A stretch of 64,000 bases of DNA from Eubacteriales bacterium (GTDB taxonomy: Bacteria; Bacillota; Clostridia; Oscillospirales; QAKW01). The stretch is taken from the NCBI GenBank assembly GCA_045541455.1, contig JAZQJA010000042.1, forward strand, positions 26,786 to 90,785, written 5' to 3'. The notes beneath the pieces are model-generated. The model searched no databases. It saw only the letters and a list, made by a program, of their open reading frames with translations, and had not been told where the DNA came from. Positions 18,745 through 28,011 of this stretch are shown piece by piece. Numbering within the stretch: position 1 is the stretch's first letter; each line of letters starts with the position of its first letter. Both the position numbers and the translations under genes were made by a program.

Positions 18745-19422
18745 TTATTCTTCTGCACGTTCTTTAAGCTTTTTTAACACTTTTTTTTCAAGCCGTGAAA
18801 CAGCTACTTGTGAAAGACCAAGTTCCTTAGAAATTTCTGATTGTGTCCTGTCTGCGAAAAAGCGTAATACTATCAATCTTCGTTCATTGGTATCAAGGGT
18901 GTCAAGTAACTGCGTAATCATAATGCGGTTAAGTGATTTGTTTTCTTCCGAACTTGTCTTTGCTATCACCCCGCCTTCCTCTACACTTGCATCAAGTGAA
19001 CAGGTACCTTGTGTTGCGTCAAGAGCATAAATTATTTCTTCAGCAGGGATGTTACATTTTGCAGCAAGTTCTGAAATTTTAGGTTCTCTGCCAAGTTCTA
19101 AAGTAAGCGCTCGCCGTGCTTTTTCTATTCGAAATTTTTGTTCTTTTACACTTCTGGGTACTTTTATTTCTCCGTTGTCACGAAGGTAGGTTTTTATTTC
19201 ACCTACAATTTTTGCGACTGCGTATGTGGAAAATTTAATATTTTTACTTTTATCAAAACCGCGTGCTGCTTTTACAAGGCCTATTGCACCGATTTGAAAT
19301 AAATCCTCATAATCTACGCCAAACCCTGTATATCGCTTGACGGCCATGTTTATAAGGCCAATATTTTCAGTTACAAGTTTGTCCTCATCAATTGTTTTGC
19401 TGTAGTTTTTAGTTTCTAACAC
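18745..19422 (-). CDS. sigF: Sporulation sigma factor SigF
   Basis: This is a sigma-70 family protein (regions 2-4) and the third gene after spoIIAA and spoIIAB. Confidence 0.85.
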   Translation of the reverse strand: MLETKNYSKTIDEDKLVTENIGLINMAVKRYTGFGVDYEDLFQIGAIGLVKAARGFDKSKNIKFSTYAVAKIVGEIKTYLRDNGEIKVPRSVKEQKFRIEKARRALTLELGREPKISELAAKCNIPAEEIIYALDATQGTCSLDASVEEGGVIAKTSSEENKSLNRIMITQLLDTLDTNERRLIVLRFFADRTQSEISKELGLSQVAVSRLEKKVLKKLKERAEE

Positions 19423-19847
19423 TTTGTATCAAGTACCTTTGTCATTGTCACCTTTGTCCCTTTACCAACTTGAGAACGTACAGTGATTTTGTCCATAAAC
19501 GATTCCATAATTGTAAAACCCATACCACTTCGTTCATTTTCGTTGCCGGTTGTAAAAAGCGGCTGGCGTGCTTTATCAATGTTTTCTATACCGCAGCCTT
19601 TGTCACGAACAGAAATTATAATTTTTTGTCCGACCAATTTAGCGGTTATGTAAATTACTCCTATATGGTCACGATATGCGTGCACTATGGCGTTAGTAAC
19701 AGCCTCACTTACTGCTGTTTTTATTTCGTTAATTTGTTCAAGGGTAGGGTCAAGTTGGGTTGCAAGCGCCGCAACTGCCACGCGTGAAAATCCTTCGTTA
19801 CTTGAACGTGATAAAAATTCAATTTTAATGCAATTATCAGTCTTCAT
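19416..19847 (-). CDS. spoIIAB: Anti-sigma F factor (serine kinase) SpoIIAB
   Basis: GHKL ATPase motifs are present (E..TNAI.HAY, DKGCGI, GMGF). The gene overlaps both neighbours. Confidence 0.85.
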   Translation of the reverse strand: MKTDNCIKIEFLSRSSNEGFSRVAVAALATQLDPTLEQINEIKTAVSEAVTNAIVHAYRDHIGVIYITAKLVGQKIIISVRDKGCGIENIDKARQPLFTTGNENERSGMGFTIMESFMDKITVRSQVGKGTKVTMTKVLDTKC

Positions 19848-20160
19848 TGTTTTCCTCCAAAAAATCTACAAGCTTGTCCGCACCTGCCATTTTTAATATC
19901 TTTTCAGGGTAACCGCTTGCATTTACTACAAAAATTTTAATATTATATTTGTCGCATAATTTTTTTCTACCAACTACTACTGCAAGTCCCGAACTGTCCA
20001 TAAACGAAACAAAACTGAAATCAAGCAGTACCGTCTTTGGTTTAAGCATCGATATTTTCAAATCCGTCTGTTCACATAAACCCTTGGCGGTGTGATGGTC
20101 AATTTCACCGCAGTAAAGCACTCTTAAGCACTCGTTTTCCCGTTTAAACTGTATATCCAT
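19837..20160 (-). CDS. spoIIAA: Anti-sigma F factor antagonist SpoIIAA (STAS)
   Basis: A STAS domain carrying the phosphorylatable DSSGL motif. Confidence 0.8.
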   Translation of the reverse strand: MDIQFKRENECLRVLYCGEIDHHTAKGLCEQTDLKISMLKPKTVLLDFSFVSFMDSSGLAVVVGRKKLCDKYNIKIFVVNASGYPEKILKMAGADKLVDFLEENNED

Positions 20161-20170
20161 TTTAAAACCT

Positions 20171-20222
20171 CAAAATAAAAAAGACTTTCCGTCATAATAA
20201 CAGAAAGTCTTTTGTTTTTTTG
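20171..20222 (-). terminator. Intrinsic terminator after folC
   Basis: An 11-bp stem, AAAAGACTTTC / GAAAGTCTTTT, with T-rich flanks on both strands. Confidence 0.7.
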
Positions 20223-20226
20223 TCGA

Positions 20227-21477
20227 TTAAAGTTGGGCGTTGAGTTCTTTTACTACCTTGTCAATTACATAAAACGAACCGCATATAAGTATTGTTCCGC
20301 TTTGGTCAAACAGCGCCTCTTTAACTGCATCTTTTGCATCATCAAATCCGTAACAGTCGGTGCAAAACATCTGTGCTATGTTTTTCATATCGTACGCAGA
20401 TAATGCCCGAGGGCTGTCAGGAGTCACACAAATCATACGCGTTGCAATACTTGCAAGTTCGCGTATTGCAAACTGATAAGCCTTGTCTTTTAACATACCA
20501 AACACGATGGTTAGGTTTTTGGCTTTCTTATCATTTTTAATAGCCTTTAACAGCGCCTCAATGCCGCTTTTGTTATGACCTGCATCAATAATAATTCTCG
20601 GCTTTTGCGAAATAATTTCATATCTTCCGTGTGCCACTGCCCTTGCAATACCGCTTTGAATGTGCTCTGTTTCAATGTTTAAAATTTCAAGTGCCGTTAT
20701 AGCTGTAAGCGAATTGTAAATCTGGTGCGTACCAAGTAGGGCAGGGGTGTAACGAACACCCTTATAATCAAAACTGAGTTTGTTATTTACAGTGCTTTTT
20801 ACTTTGAGTTTTGATAGGTCGGGTAAATAAAATTTCGAATTTGTTTGCGTGCAAACCTTTTCAAATACCGCATTTACTGAGTCGGAATTTAGCGGGTATG
20901 CAACACACGGCATACCATCTTTTATAATTCCGGCCTTTTCTTTTGCGATTTTTTCTTCGGTATCACCCAAAATTTGTATATGATCAAGAGAGATTGAGGT
21001 AATTACCGATACAAGCGGATTTTTAATGATATTAGTTGCATCAAGCCTTCCGCCCATTCCAACTTCTAGTACAACGTAATCACAGTTTTGCTGCTTGAAA
21101 TATACAAAAGCAATAGCAGTTACAATTTCAAACTCAGTCGGGTGGTCGTCCATTTTAGCACATTCGTTGGCAACAACCTCAGTGATTTTTGCAAGTTCGT
21201 CTTTTTCAATCATTTTACCGTTGATTTCAATGCGCTCTCGAAAATCAAAAATGTAGGGTGACGTGTATTTGCCAACCTTGTATCCGGCATCTTCAAGCGC
21301 ACAAGAAATCATAGTAACGGTTGAACCTTTTCCGTTTGTGCCTGCAACATGTATAAATTTAAGGCTGTCTTGAGGGTTTGAGAGGCGTTCGCACAATTCT
21401 CTTATACGTTCAAGCCCCGGTTTTGACCCAAAATTTAATGTTTTGTGTATAAACTCTAAAGCTTTGTTATAATCCAT
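20227..21477 (-). CDS. folC: Bifunctional folylpolyglutamate synthase / dihydrofolate synthase
   Basis: Mur-ligase family P-loop VAGTNGKGST. At 416 aa it sits immediately downstream of valS, as in many Firmicutes. Confidence 0.85.
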   Translation of the reverse strand: MDYNKALEFIHKTLNFGSKPGLERIRELCERLSNPQDSLKFIHVAGTNGKGSTVTMISCALEDAGYKVGKYTSPYIFDFRERIEINGKMIEKDELAKITEVVANECAKMDDHPTEFEIVTAIAFVYFKQQNCDYVVLEVGMGGRLDATNIIKNPLVSVITSISLDHIQILGDTEEKIAKEKAGIIKDGMPCVAYPLNSDSVNAVFEKVCTQTNSKFYLPDLSKLKVKSTVNNKLSFDYKGVRYTPALLGTHQIYNSLTAITALEILNIETEHIQSGIARAVAHGRYEIISQKPRIIIDAGHNKSGIEALLKAIKNDKKAKNLTIVFGMLKDKAYQFAIRELASIATRMICVTPDSPRALSAYDMKNIAQMFCTDCYGFDDAKDAVKEALFDQSGTILICGSFYVIDKVVKELNAQL

Positions 21478-21481
21478 AATA

Positions 21482-24103
21482 TTATAGTTTCTCTATCGAT
21501 TCGGTTATTGTTTTTACAAGTGTTTCATACTTGACAAGTTTTGCCTTTTCAGCCTCTATAAGAGTAGCGGGAGCTTTTGCAACAAAACCTTCGTTGGCAA
21601 GTTTTTTAGTAACTCTGTCAAGTTCATCTTGCGCCTTTTTCAGTTCTTTTTCAAGTCTTGCACGTTCTTCATCAAGGTTTACAAGTTCTTCAAACGGAAT
21701 GTAAAGGTCAGCGGCGGCTGTAATTATTTTAACAGCACCTTTGACGTCATATTTACCGAGTATAACCTCAGATGCACCTGCAAGTTTAATGTAAAACTTA
21801 TCACAACCCTCAAAAGTCAAACCATCTCTTGCATCAATGTAAAGTTTGGCTTTCTTTGACATCGGCACATTCATTTCAGCGCGTCTTGCACGGATGGCGG
21901 CAATGGTTTCCATAATTGCTTCGGTTTTAGCACATTCTTTTGTAAAGTCAATATCCTTGTCAAATTCGGGGTATTTTGCAATCATTACCGATTCGTCTTC
22001 GACAGGCATAGACTGCCATATTTCCTCTGTAATAAAGGGCATAAACGGGTGTAATAATTTAAGTATTCCAGAAAATACGGTAACAAGAACAGCACTAGCG
22101 TTTTGTGCGGTTTCACCGCCGTCATAAAGGCGAGGCTTAACAAGTTCAATATACCAATCACAAAAACTGTCATAAATAAAGTCGTACAGTTTTTGAAGTG
22201 CCATACCTATTTCAAACTTATCAAGGTTTTCTGTCACATCTTTACATAAGAGATTATATCTGTGAATAATCCACTTGTCTTCGTCTTCAAGTTTTGACAT
22301 ATTTACAATATAATCTTTTGGATTTTCACTCTGTGCATACATAAGAATAAAACGAGCGGCGTTCCATACTTTGTTTGCAAAGTTTCTTGATGCTTCAACG
22401 CGTTCATAGTGAAAACGCATATCATTTCCGGGCGCATTACCCGTTGCAAGTGTAAATCTTAACGCGTCGGCACCGTATTTTTCAATAACTTCCAGCGGGT
22501 CAATGCCGTTACCGAGAGATTTCGACATCTTTCTGCCTTGTGAATCACGGACAAGACCGTGAATAAGCACGTGTTTAAACGGAGCTTTACCGGTGTGCTC
22601 CAGCCCTGAAAACATCATTCTTGCAACCCAGAAGAAAATAATATCGTAACCTGTTACGAGAACGCTTGTGGGATAAAAATAATCAAGTTCTTCTGTTTTA
22701 TCCGGCCAACCCAAAGTTGAAAACGGCCATAACGCAGATGAAAACCAAGTGTCAAGCACGTCTTCTTCCTGTCGCATGGGTTTGTTACACTTGGGACAAA
22801 CGGTAACATCGGTTTTTGAAATCACCATCTCGCCACATTCGTCACAGTAATAAGCAGGAATTCTGTGTCCCCACCAGAGTTGACGAGAAATGCACCAGTC
22901 ACGCACATTTTCCATCCAGTTAAGATATGTCTTTTTAAATCTGTCGGGTACAAATTCTGTGTCTCTGTTTTTCACAGCGGCAATGGCATCTTTTGCAAGC
23001 GGTTCCATTTTAACAAACCATTGTTTTGAAGCAATTGGCTCAACTGTTGTCGAGCAGCGGTAACATTTACCTACATTGTGTAAGTGTGGTACAATTTTCA
23101 CAAGATAGCCGCCGTCTTCGAGATCTTTTACAATCTGTTTACGAGCTTCGTATCTGTCAAGTCCCTCATACTTTCCGCCGTTTTTATTTACCTTCGCATT
23201 GTCGTCAAGAACCAGTATTTCTTCAAGATTGTGTCGTTTGCCCACCTCAAAGTCGTTCGGGTCGTGACATGGTGTGATTTTTACACAACCGGTACCAAAT
23301 TCCATATCAACATAATCATCTGCGACAACAGGAATTTCTCTGTTGACAAGCGGTAAAATAAGTGTTTTGCCTACAAGATGTGTATATCTTTCATCGTTTG
23401 GGTTAACAGCAACAGCTGAGTCGCCAAGTAATGTTTCAGGCCTTGTTGTTGCGATTTCTACAAACTCGTCGCTGTCTTTTACAGGGTAGCGGATATGCCA
23501 GAAAAAGCCTTCATCTTCACTGTACTCAACCTCAGCATCGGACAATGCTGTGACACATTTGGGGCACCAGTTGATAATGCGGTTTCCTCTGTATATAAGG
23601 CCTTTGTTGTATAAGTTTACAAAAACCTCTTTAACAGCTTTAGAGCAACCCTCGTCCATTGTAAAGCGTTCTCTGTCCCAATCACAAGAAGAACCGAGTA
23701 CTTTAAGCTGGTTTACTATACGATCACCGTAATGCTTTTTCCAGTCCCATACGCGCTCTAAAAATTTTTCTCTGCCAAGGTCGTAGCGTGTAAGGCCTTC
23801 TTCTTCGCGCAACACTTGCTCAACTTTAATTTGCGTTGCAATACCGGCGTGGTCGGTGCCGGGAATCCATAGAGCATTGTATCCCTGCATTCTCTTGTAA
23901 CGGATAAGTATATCCTGCAGCGTTTCGTCAAGTGCATGTCCCATGTGTAACTGGCCTGTTACATTGGGTGGGGGAATAACAATTGTAAACGGTTTTCTTT
24001 TGCTGTCCGGTTCTGCATGAAAATATTTTCTGTCAAGCCACATCTGGTAAATATCTTTTTCAAAGGCTTGCGGTGTGTAAACCTTTTCAAGTTCTTTTGC
24101 CAT
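21482..24103 (-). CDS. valS: Valine--tRNA ligase
   Basis: Class I HIGH (HMGH) and KMSKS motifs are present, with a C-terminal coiled coil. The protein is 873 aa. Confidence 0.97.
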   Translation of the reverse strand: MAKELEKVYTPQAFEKDIYQMWLDRKYFHAEPDSKRKPFTIVIPPPNVTGQLHMGHALDETLQDILIRYKRMQGYNALWIPGTDHAGIATQIKVEQVLREEEGLTRYDLGREKFLERVWDWKKHYGDRIVNQLKVLGSSCDWDRERFTMDEGCSKAVKEVFVNLYNKGLIYRGNRIINWCPKCVTALSDAEVEYSEDEGFFWHIRYPVKDSDEFVEIATTRPETLLGDSAVAVNPNDERYTHLVGKTLILPLVNREIPVVADDYVDMEFGTGCVKITPCHDPNDFEVGKRHNLEEILVLDDNAKVNKNGGKYEGLDRYEARKQIVKDLEDGGYLVKIVPHLHNVGKCYRCSTTVEPIASKQWFVKMEPLAKDAIAAVKNRDTEFVPDRFKKTYLNWMENVRDWCISRQLWWGHRIPAYYCDECGEMVISKTDVTVCPKCNKPMRQEEDVLDTWFSSALWPFSTLGWPDKTEELDYFYPTSVLVTGYDIIFFWVARMMFSGLEHTGKAPFKHVLIHGLVRDSQGRKMSKSLGNGIDPLEVIEKYGADALRFTLATGNAPGNDMRFHYERVEASRNFANKVWNAARFILMYAQSENPKDYIVNMSKLEDEDKWIIHRYNLLCKDVTENLDKFEIGMALQKLYDFIYDSFCDWYIELVKPRLYDGGETAQNASAVLVTVFSGILKLLHPFMPFITEEIWQSMPVEDESVMIAKYPEFDKDIDFTKECAKTEAIMETIAAIRARRAEMNVPMSKKAKLYIDARDGLTFEGCDKFYIKLAGASEVILGKYDVKGAVKIITAAADLYIPFEELVNLDEERARLEKELKKAQDELDRVTKKLANEGFVAKAPATLIEAEKAKLVKYETLVKTITESIEKL

Positions 24104-24124
24104 CTTTAATTCTCCTTATATAAA

Positions 24125-24366
24125 TAAAAAAACTCGTCTCATTTTAAATGAGACGAGTATAATATACCCGCGGTACCACTCAAATTGCAGCTTAAATAAA
24201 ACTGCCACTTAAATACACATAACGCCGTGCTGCGAAAGGTTCTACTCATTTTTTAAAAACTTTCTTCCTTTAGACTCTAAAGCTACAACAAAAGCTAATG
24301 CTTACGGCTTGCACCAACCGCCGCATCTCTTAGCGCATAACACTTTTGCCCTCTTTGTCAACATCT
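24125..24366 (-). promoter_or_regulatory. T-box riboswitch leader of valS (probable specifier GUU)
   Basis: On the minus strand I see a Stem I with AGAGA (K-turn) and a GGTTGGTGCAA distal loop. The T-box sequence GAGTGGTACCGCGGG (24167-24185) is present. The terminator ACTCGTCTCAT...ATGAGACGAGT plus T7 lies at 24125-24158. GTT at 24287-24289 lies next to the Stem I base. Confidence 0.85.
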
Positions 24367-24372
24367 TAAATA

Positions 24373-24401
24373 ATTATATACTACACGGCATTTTTTGTCA
24401 A
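24373..24401 (-). promoter_or_regulatory. Consensus sigma-A promoter driving the valS T-box leader
   Basis: On the minus strand: TTGACA (24396-24401), a 17-nt spacer, then TATAAT (24373-24378). Confidence 0.8.
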
Positions 24402-24409
24402 TCAAATTG

Positions 24410-25123
24410 TTAGTCTAATTTCCAACCGTCCAGCCCGTTACGTTGCATTGCACCAAATACACTTTGACGAATGTTGGGGTATTTTTCTGTTAGAACTGAA
24501 ATGAGTTTTTTAATTTCTTCTCTTTTTGTTTCACCGTCAATAGGACAGGGGCTTTTCATAATTGGTATTCCAAGACGTCGCACAGCTCCTTTTACATCAG
24601 CTTCACGCATATAAATCATTGGCCTAATAACCGTTACATCTTTTCTTGATAAATATGTTACCGGCTGAAAACAACCAAGCCTGCTTTCATAAATAAGGTT
24701 CATAAAAAAAGTTTCAACAGCATCGTCTAAATGATGCCCTAACGCAATTTTTTTACAATTCATTTCTTTAGCGGCATCGTGTATGACACCGCGGCGCATT
24801 TTTGCACATAATGCACAAGGATTGCTCTCTTTTCTGTAATCAAATATGATTTTTCCTATTTCGGTTTTTTTAATACAAAACTCAACATCCAAACTGCAAC
24901 ACATTTCTTTTAGTTTGTCAGTGTTAATATTTCCAAGCCCTGTGTCAACAAATACTGCACATACTGAAAAATTTTTGGGGTGAAAATGTGAAAGCCCTGC
25001 AAGAGCATATAGCATAAGTGCCGAGTCCTTGCCACCCGACAGCGCAACTGCAATCTTTTCACCGTGTTCTATCATATTATAATCGTCAATTGCTCGCCTT
25101 AGTTTGCTCATTACCTGCTGCAT
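24410..25123 (-). CDS. PP-loop ATPase, tRNA 2-thiocytidine (TtcA)-like family
   Basis: SGGKDS PP-loop, and the cysteine motifs CALCAKMRRG and SPCP. The ATG at 25123 follows GAGGTGAG. Confidence 0.75.
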   Translation of the reverse strand: MQQVMSKLRRAIDDYNMIEHGEKIAVALSGGKDSALMLYALAGLSHFHPKNFSVCAVFVDTGLGNINTDKLKEMCCSLDVEFCIKKTEIGKIIFDYRKESNPCALCAKMRRGVIHDAAKEMNCKKIALGHHLDDAVETFFMNLIYESRLGCFQPVTYLSRKDVTVIRPMIYMREADVKGAVRRLGIPIMKSPCPIDGETKREEIKKLISVLTEKYPNIRQSVFGAMQRNGLDGWKLD

Positions 25124-25273
25124 TTTCTCACCTCTTTTCATATTTTAAATAAGTAAAGTAATGTTGTCAATAAATTTTTTGTAATTCGAAAGTGAGCAAT
25201 TCAAAGAAAAACAGAGATAAAACGAGATAAAACGAGAAATGCAAACACAAATTAAAAAAATAAAAAAAGTGTA

Positions 25274-25302
25274 TTGACAAAATAAATAGCGTGTATTATA
25301 AT
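25274..25302 (+). promoter_or_regulatory. Consensus sigma-A promoter of rplM-rpsI
   Basis: TTGACA (25274-25279), a 17-nt spacer, then TATAAT (25297-25302). Confidence 0.8.
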
Positions 25303-25335
25303 GACACAGTCAGAAAAAAACGGAGGAAAGAAATC

Positions 25336-25764
25336 ATGTCTACATTTATGAAAAATCCTCAGGACGTGGATAGAAAATGGTATGTTGTCGACGCAGCTGA
25401 TAAGCCCCTTGGCAAAGTGTCAACACAAATCGCTACTATCCTTATGGGTAAACACCGTCCTGATTATACCCCGCATGTTGACTGCGGTGATTGCGTTATC
25501 GTTTTAAACGCATCAAAGGTAGTTTTAACAGGTAAAAAAGCTACAGATAAGTTTTATAGACGCCATACCGGTTGGATTGGCGGTCTTAAAGAAGTTTCAT
25601 ACGGTGAACTTCTTGAGAAAAACCCCACAAAGCTTGTTGAGATTTCGGTTAAGGGAATGCTTCCCAAAAACAAAATCGCTTCAAACGCTATGACAAGACT
25701 TAGAGTTTATGCTGATGCTGAGCACGCTCATCAGGCACAGAACCCTGAAGTTTTTGTAAAGTAA
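25336..25764 (+). CDS. rplM: 50S ribosomal protein L13
   Basis: The RKWYVVDA...LGKVST..A..L.GKH pattern is present. The ATG at 25336 follows GGAGGAAAG. Confidence 0.95.
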   Translation: MSTFMKNPQDVDRKWYVVDAADKPLGKVSTQIATILMGKHRPDYTPHVDCGDCVIVLNASKVVLTGKKATDKFYRRHTGWIGGLKEVSYGELLEKNPTKLVEISVKGMLPKNKIASNAMTRLRVYADAEHAHQAQNPEVFVK

Positions 25765-25777
25765 GGAGGTTTTACTA

Positions 25778-26176
25778 ATGTATAATAATGATGCATATTT
25801 CTACGGTACAGGTAGAAGAAAGTCTTCAGTTGCAAGAGTAAGACTTCTTCCCGGTACAGGTTCAATCACAATCAATGGCAGAGATATTGACGATTACTTT
25901 GGTCTTGAAACACTTAAACTCATCGTTCGTCAGCCGCTTGAACTTACAGAAACACTCGGCAAGTTCGACATTATTGTAAATGTAAACGGTGGCGGTGTTA
26001 CCGGTCAGGCTGGTGCTATTCGCCATGGTATTACAAGAGCACTTATCGAGTCAGATGAAACACTCAAACCCATGCTTAAAAAGGCTGGCTTTGTAACTCG
26101 TGATCCGAGAATGAAAGAACGTAAGAAATACGGTCTTAAAGCTGCTCGTCGTGCACCCCAGTTCTCAAAGAGATAA
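25778..26176 (+). CDS. rpsI: 30S ribosomal protein S9
   Basis: [13 protein letters not shown] is present and the C-terminus reads ...RRAPQFSKR. Confidence 0.95.
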   Translation: MYNNDAYFYGTGRRKSSVARVRLLPGTGSITINGRDIDDYFGLETLKLIVRQPLELTETLGKFDIIVNVNGGGVTGQAGAIRHGITRALIESDETLKPMLKKAGFVTRDPRMKERKKYGLKAARRAPQFSKR

Positions 26177-26187
26177 TTTTATTATCA

Positions 26188-26223
26188 AAACGCACTCACT
26201 TATGTGGGTGCGTTTGTTTTTTT
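26188..26223 (+). terminator. Intrinsic terminator of rplM-rpsI
   Basis: A 12-bp stem, AAACGCACTCAC / GTGGGTGCGTTT (one G-U pair), followed by a T-run. Confidence 0.8.
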
Positions 26224-26309
26224 GACAGAAAGCGAATTTAGTGTATTTGCTATTTTAATTAGTATGTGATATTATGAAATACAAGAAAAAAACTGGAGAT
26301 GAGGAAACA

Positions 26310-27815
26310 ATGATACATTTTAAAAAAATAATTGCTTTTTTTCTTGTTGCTATAATTGTTTTAACTGTTTGTTCTTGTAATAAAACAGTGGATGAAGAGG
26401 ATGGTGCTGCATATACAGAAGAAATTGAAATTATAAATCCTCAATCACCCAACTCAACTGTTGTACCGGATAATGTTCAAAAACCTACAGAAGATAATAC
26501 AAATGTTTTAAACGGTGACACGACAGTTTCTAATCAGTCCAATGCTACAGACAACCAACCCGGTAAGAATGAACAACAAACGGTGGGAGACGAGCCACCT
26601 CAGTCAACACTCACATCGCCTGATTCAACTGTAAACGATAATAATACAGAACCAGAAATAGAACCGGATACAAATGATGAACCGGAAATTGATTTATACG
26701 AGGCTGAAATGGAATTTTTAACATATCAATCAAATACTTTTGTGCCGACGGGCAATCATTCGGCATTGTTTTCTAAAAATGTAGTTACTAAAACTTTTCG
26801 CGGAGTGTTTCCTGTACAACAGTACGGTAAACTTGACTATTGCTTTTATTTTTCAAATAATGTAGACAGTACTTGGTCAGATGGTAGTGAAACTTATCGT
26901 GATATGCCCACTGAACAATATAAAATATTATCTGCTGCGATTATGACAACTACAAATGAGCAAATGAGTAATGTAAAAAAACGTACGCAAATTACTTTTG
27001 ATGGTCAAAAAAGCCGCACTGTAGAGGCGGGCGAAATGTTTTGGTGCGACCCGGTTTCTTTTACAGTCGCTGAGGGTGAATATCTTGTTTTTGAGTGGAA
27101 AGTTCAATATACAATGATTCCTTGCACTAAAATTAAAGGTACATCAATTTCATTTGAATCTTCAACCGGTACTTCTTTTGTCCCGGCAACCGAGGGTGTT
27201 CCAATGCCTAATATGATTGGTGCCAATCGCAATAAAGAGTTAAATATGGCATTTATCGGTGATTCCATTACCGCTGGCGAGGGTGCAGGCGCATTTAACG
27301 GTTATGTTGCACAGATTTCTAAAAAAATGGGTGACACGGCAAGTATTTGGAATCTTGGCTTAGGATATGCGCGCGCAAATGATGTGGTTAATAGTCCTGC
27401 ATGGTTGAAAAAGGCGAAAACTGCGTCTACAGTTGCAATCTGCTTTGGTGTAAATGATATAAACAGCGGTGCATATCAGGTTGGAACACGTACCGTCAAA
27501 GAAATTGTAGATGATATTGCGTATATTGCAAAACAAGTTTCAGATGCCGGTGCTAAAGTTGTAATATTTTCTACTCCTCCATACACGTATAAAGATCAAG
27601 AACGTGTTCAAAAATGGCGCGATGTTGTAAAAGGTCTTGAAAAGCTTGCAAAAGAAAATCGGTATTCTTATTTTGATTTTGCCTCCTGCCTTGGCTCTCC
27701 CGATGATGCGTCAAAACCAGCCTATGGCGGTCATCCAAATGGTGACGGCTGTACAGTTGCTGCTAACGCATTTATGAACGCTTATCAAAACGGAACTTTA
27801 TCTTTGAAAAAATAA
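26310..27815 (+). CDS. Lipoprotein with low-complexity linker, unknown middle domain and C-terminal SGNH/GDSL hydrolase domain
   Basis: Lipobox LTVCSC, a T/N/E/P-rich linker, GDSITAGEG (block I) and a later G..D block. The ATG at 26310 follows GGAGATGAGG. Confidence 0.6.
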   Translation: MIHFKKIIAFFLVAIIVLTVCSCNKTVDEEDGAAYTEEIEIINPQSPNSTVVPDNVQKPTEDNTNVLNGDTTVSNQSNATDNQPGKNEQQTVGDEPPQSTLTSPDSTVNDNNTEPEIEPDTNDEPEIDLYEAEMEFLTYQSNTFVPTGNHSALFSKNVVTKTFRGVFPVQQYGKLDYCFYFSNNVDSTWSDGSETYRDMPTEQYKILSAAIMTTTNEQMSNVKKRTQITFDGQKSRTVEAGEMFWCDPVSFTVAEGEYLVFEWKVQYTMIPCTKIKGTSISFESSTGTSFVPATEGVPMPNMIGANRNKELNMAFIGDSITAGEGAGAFNGYVAQISKKMGDTASIWNLGLGYARANDVVNSPAWLKKAKTASTVAICFGVNDINSGAYQVGTRTVKEIVDDIAYIAKQVSDAGAKVVIFSTPPYTYKDQERVQKWRDVVKGLEKLAKENRYSYFDFASCLGSPDDASKPAYGGHPNGDGCTVAANAFMNAYQNGTLSLKK

Positions 27816-27858
27816 ATAATGATTTATTTTGTGCATAATATTATCAAATATAGTTTAA

Positions 27859-27896
27859 AATCTTAATTTTGCAAGATTACTTGCAAAATTAAGATT
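27859..27896. other. 17-bp perfect inverted repeat (hairpin, possible terminator or operator)
   Basis: AATCTTAATTTTGCAAG-ATTA-CTTGCAAAATTAAGATT. No adjacent T-run follows it. Confidence 0.5.
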
Positions 27897-27943
27897 AAAG
27901 GGATAAAAAATTGCTTATTTTTTTACAAAAATGAAATTTTCAT

Positions 27944-27972
27944 TTGACAAACTTTCATTTTTGTAGTATTAT
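27944..27972 (+). promoter_or_regulatory. Sigma-A promoter of hppA
   Basis: TTGACA (27944-27949), a 17-nt spacer, then TATTAT (27967-27972). Confidence 0.7.
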
Positions 27973-28011
27973 CTTTACATTGTAAAAAAATTTTAGAAAA
28001 GAAGGTTAGTT

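Noticed and set aside
25142-25335. An rplM (L13) leader RNA, and the tandem 10-mer GAGATAAAAC x2.6 at 25214-25240.
   Set aside because: With the consensus promoter at 25274-25302 the 5'UTR is only ~30 nt, too short for a structured leader. The 10-mer repeat is short, has no spacers (so it is not a CRISPR array), and lies upstream of the promoter. It is probably slippage in AT-rich spacer DNA.
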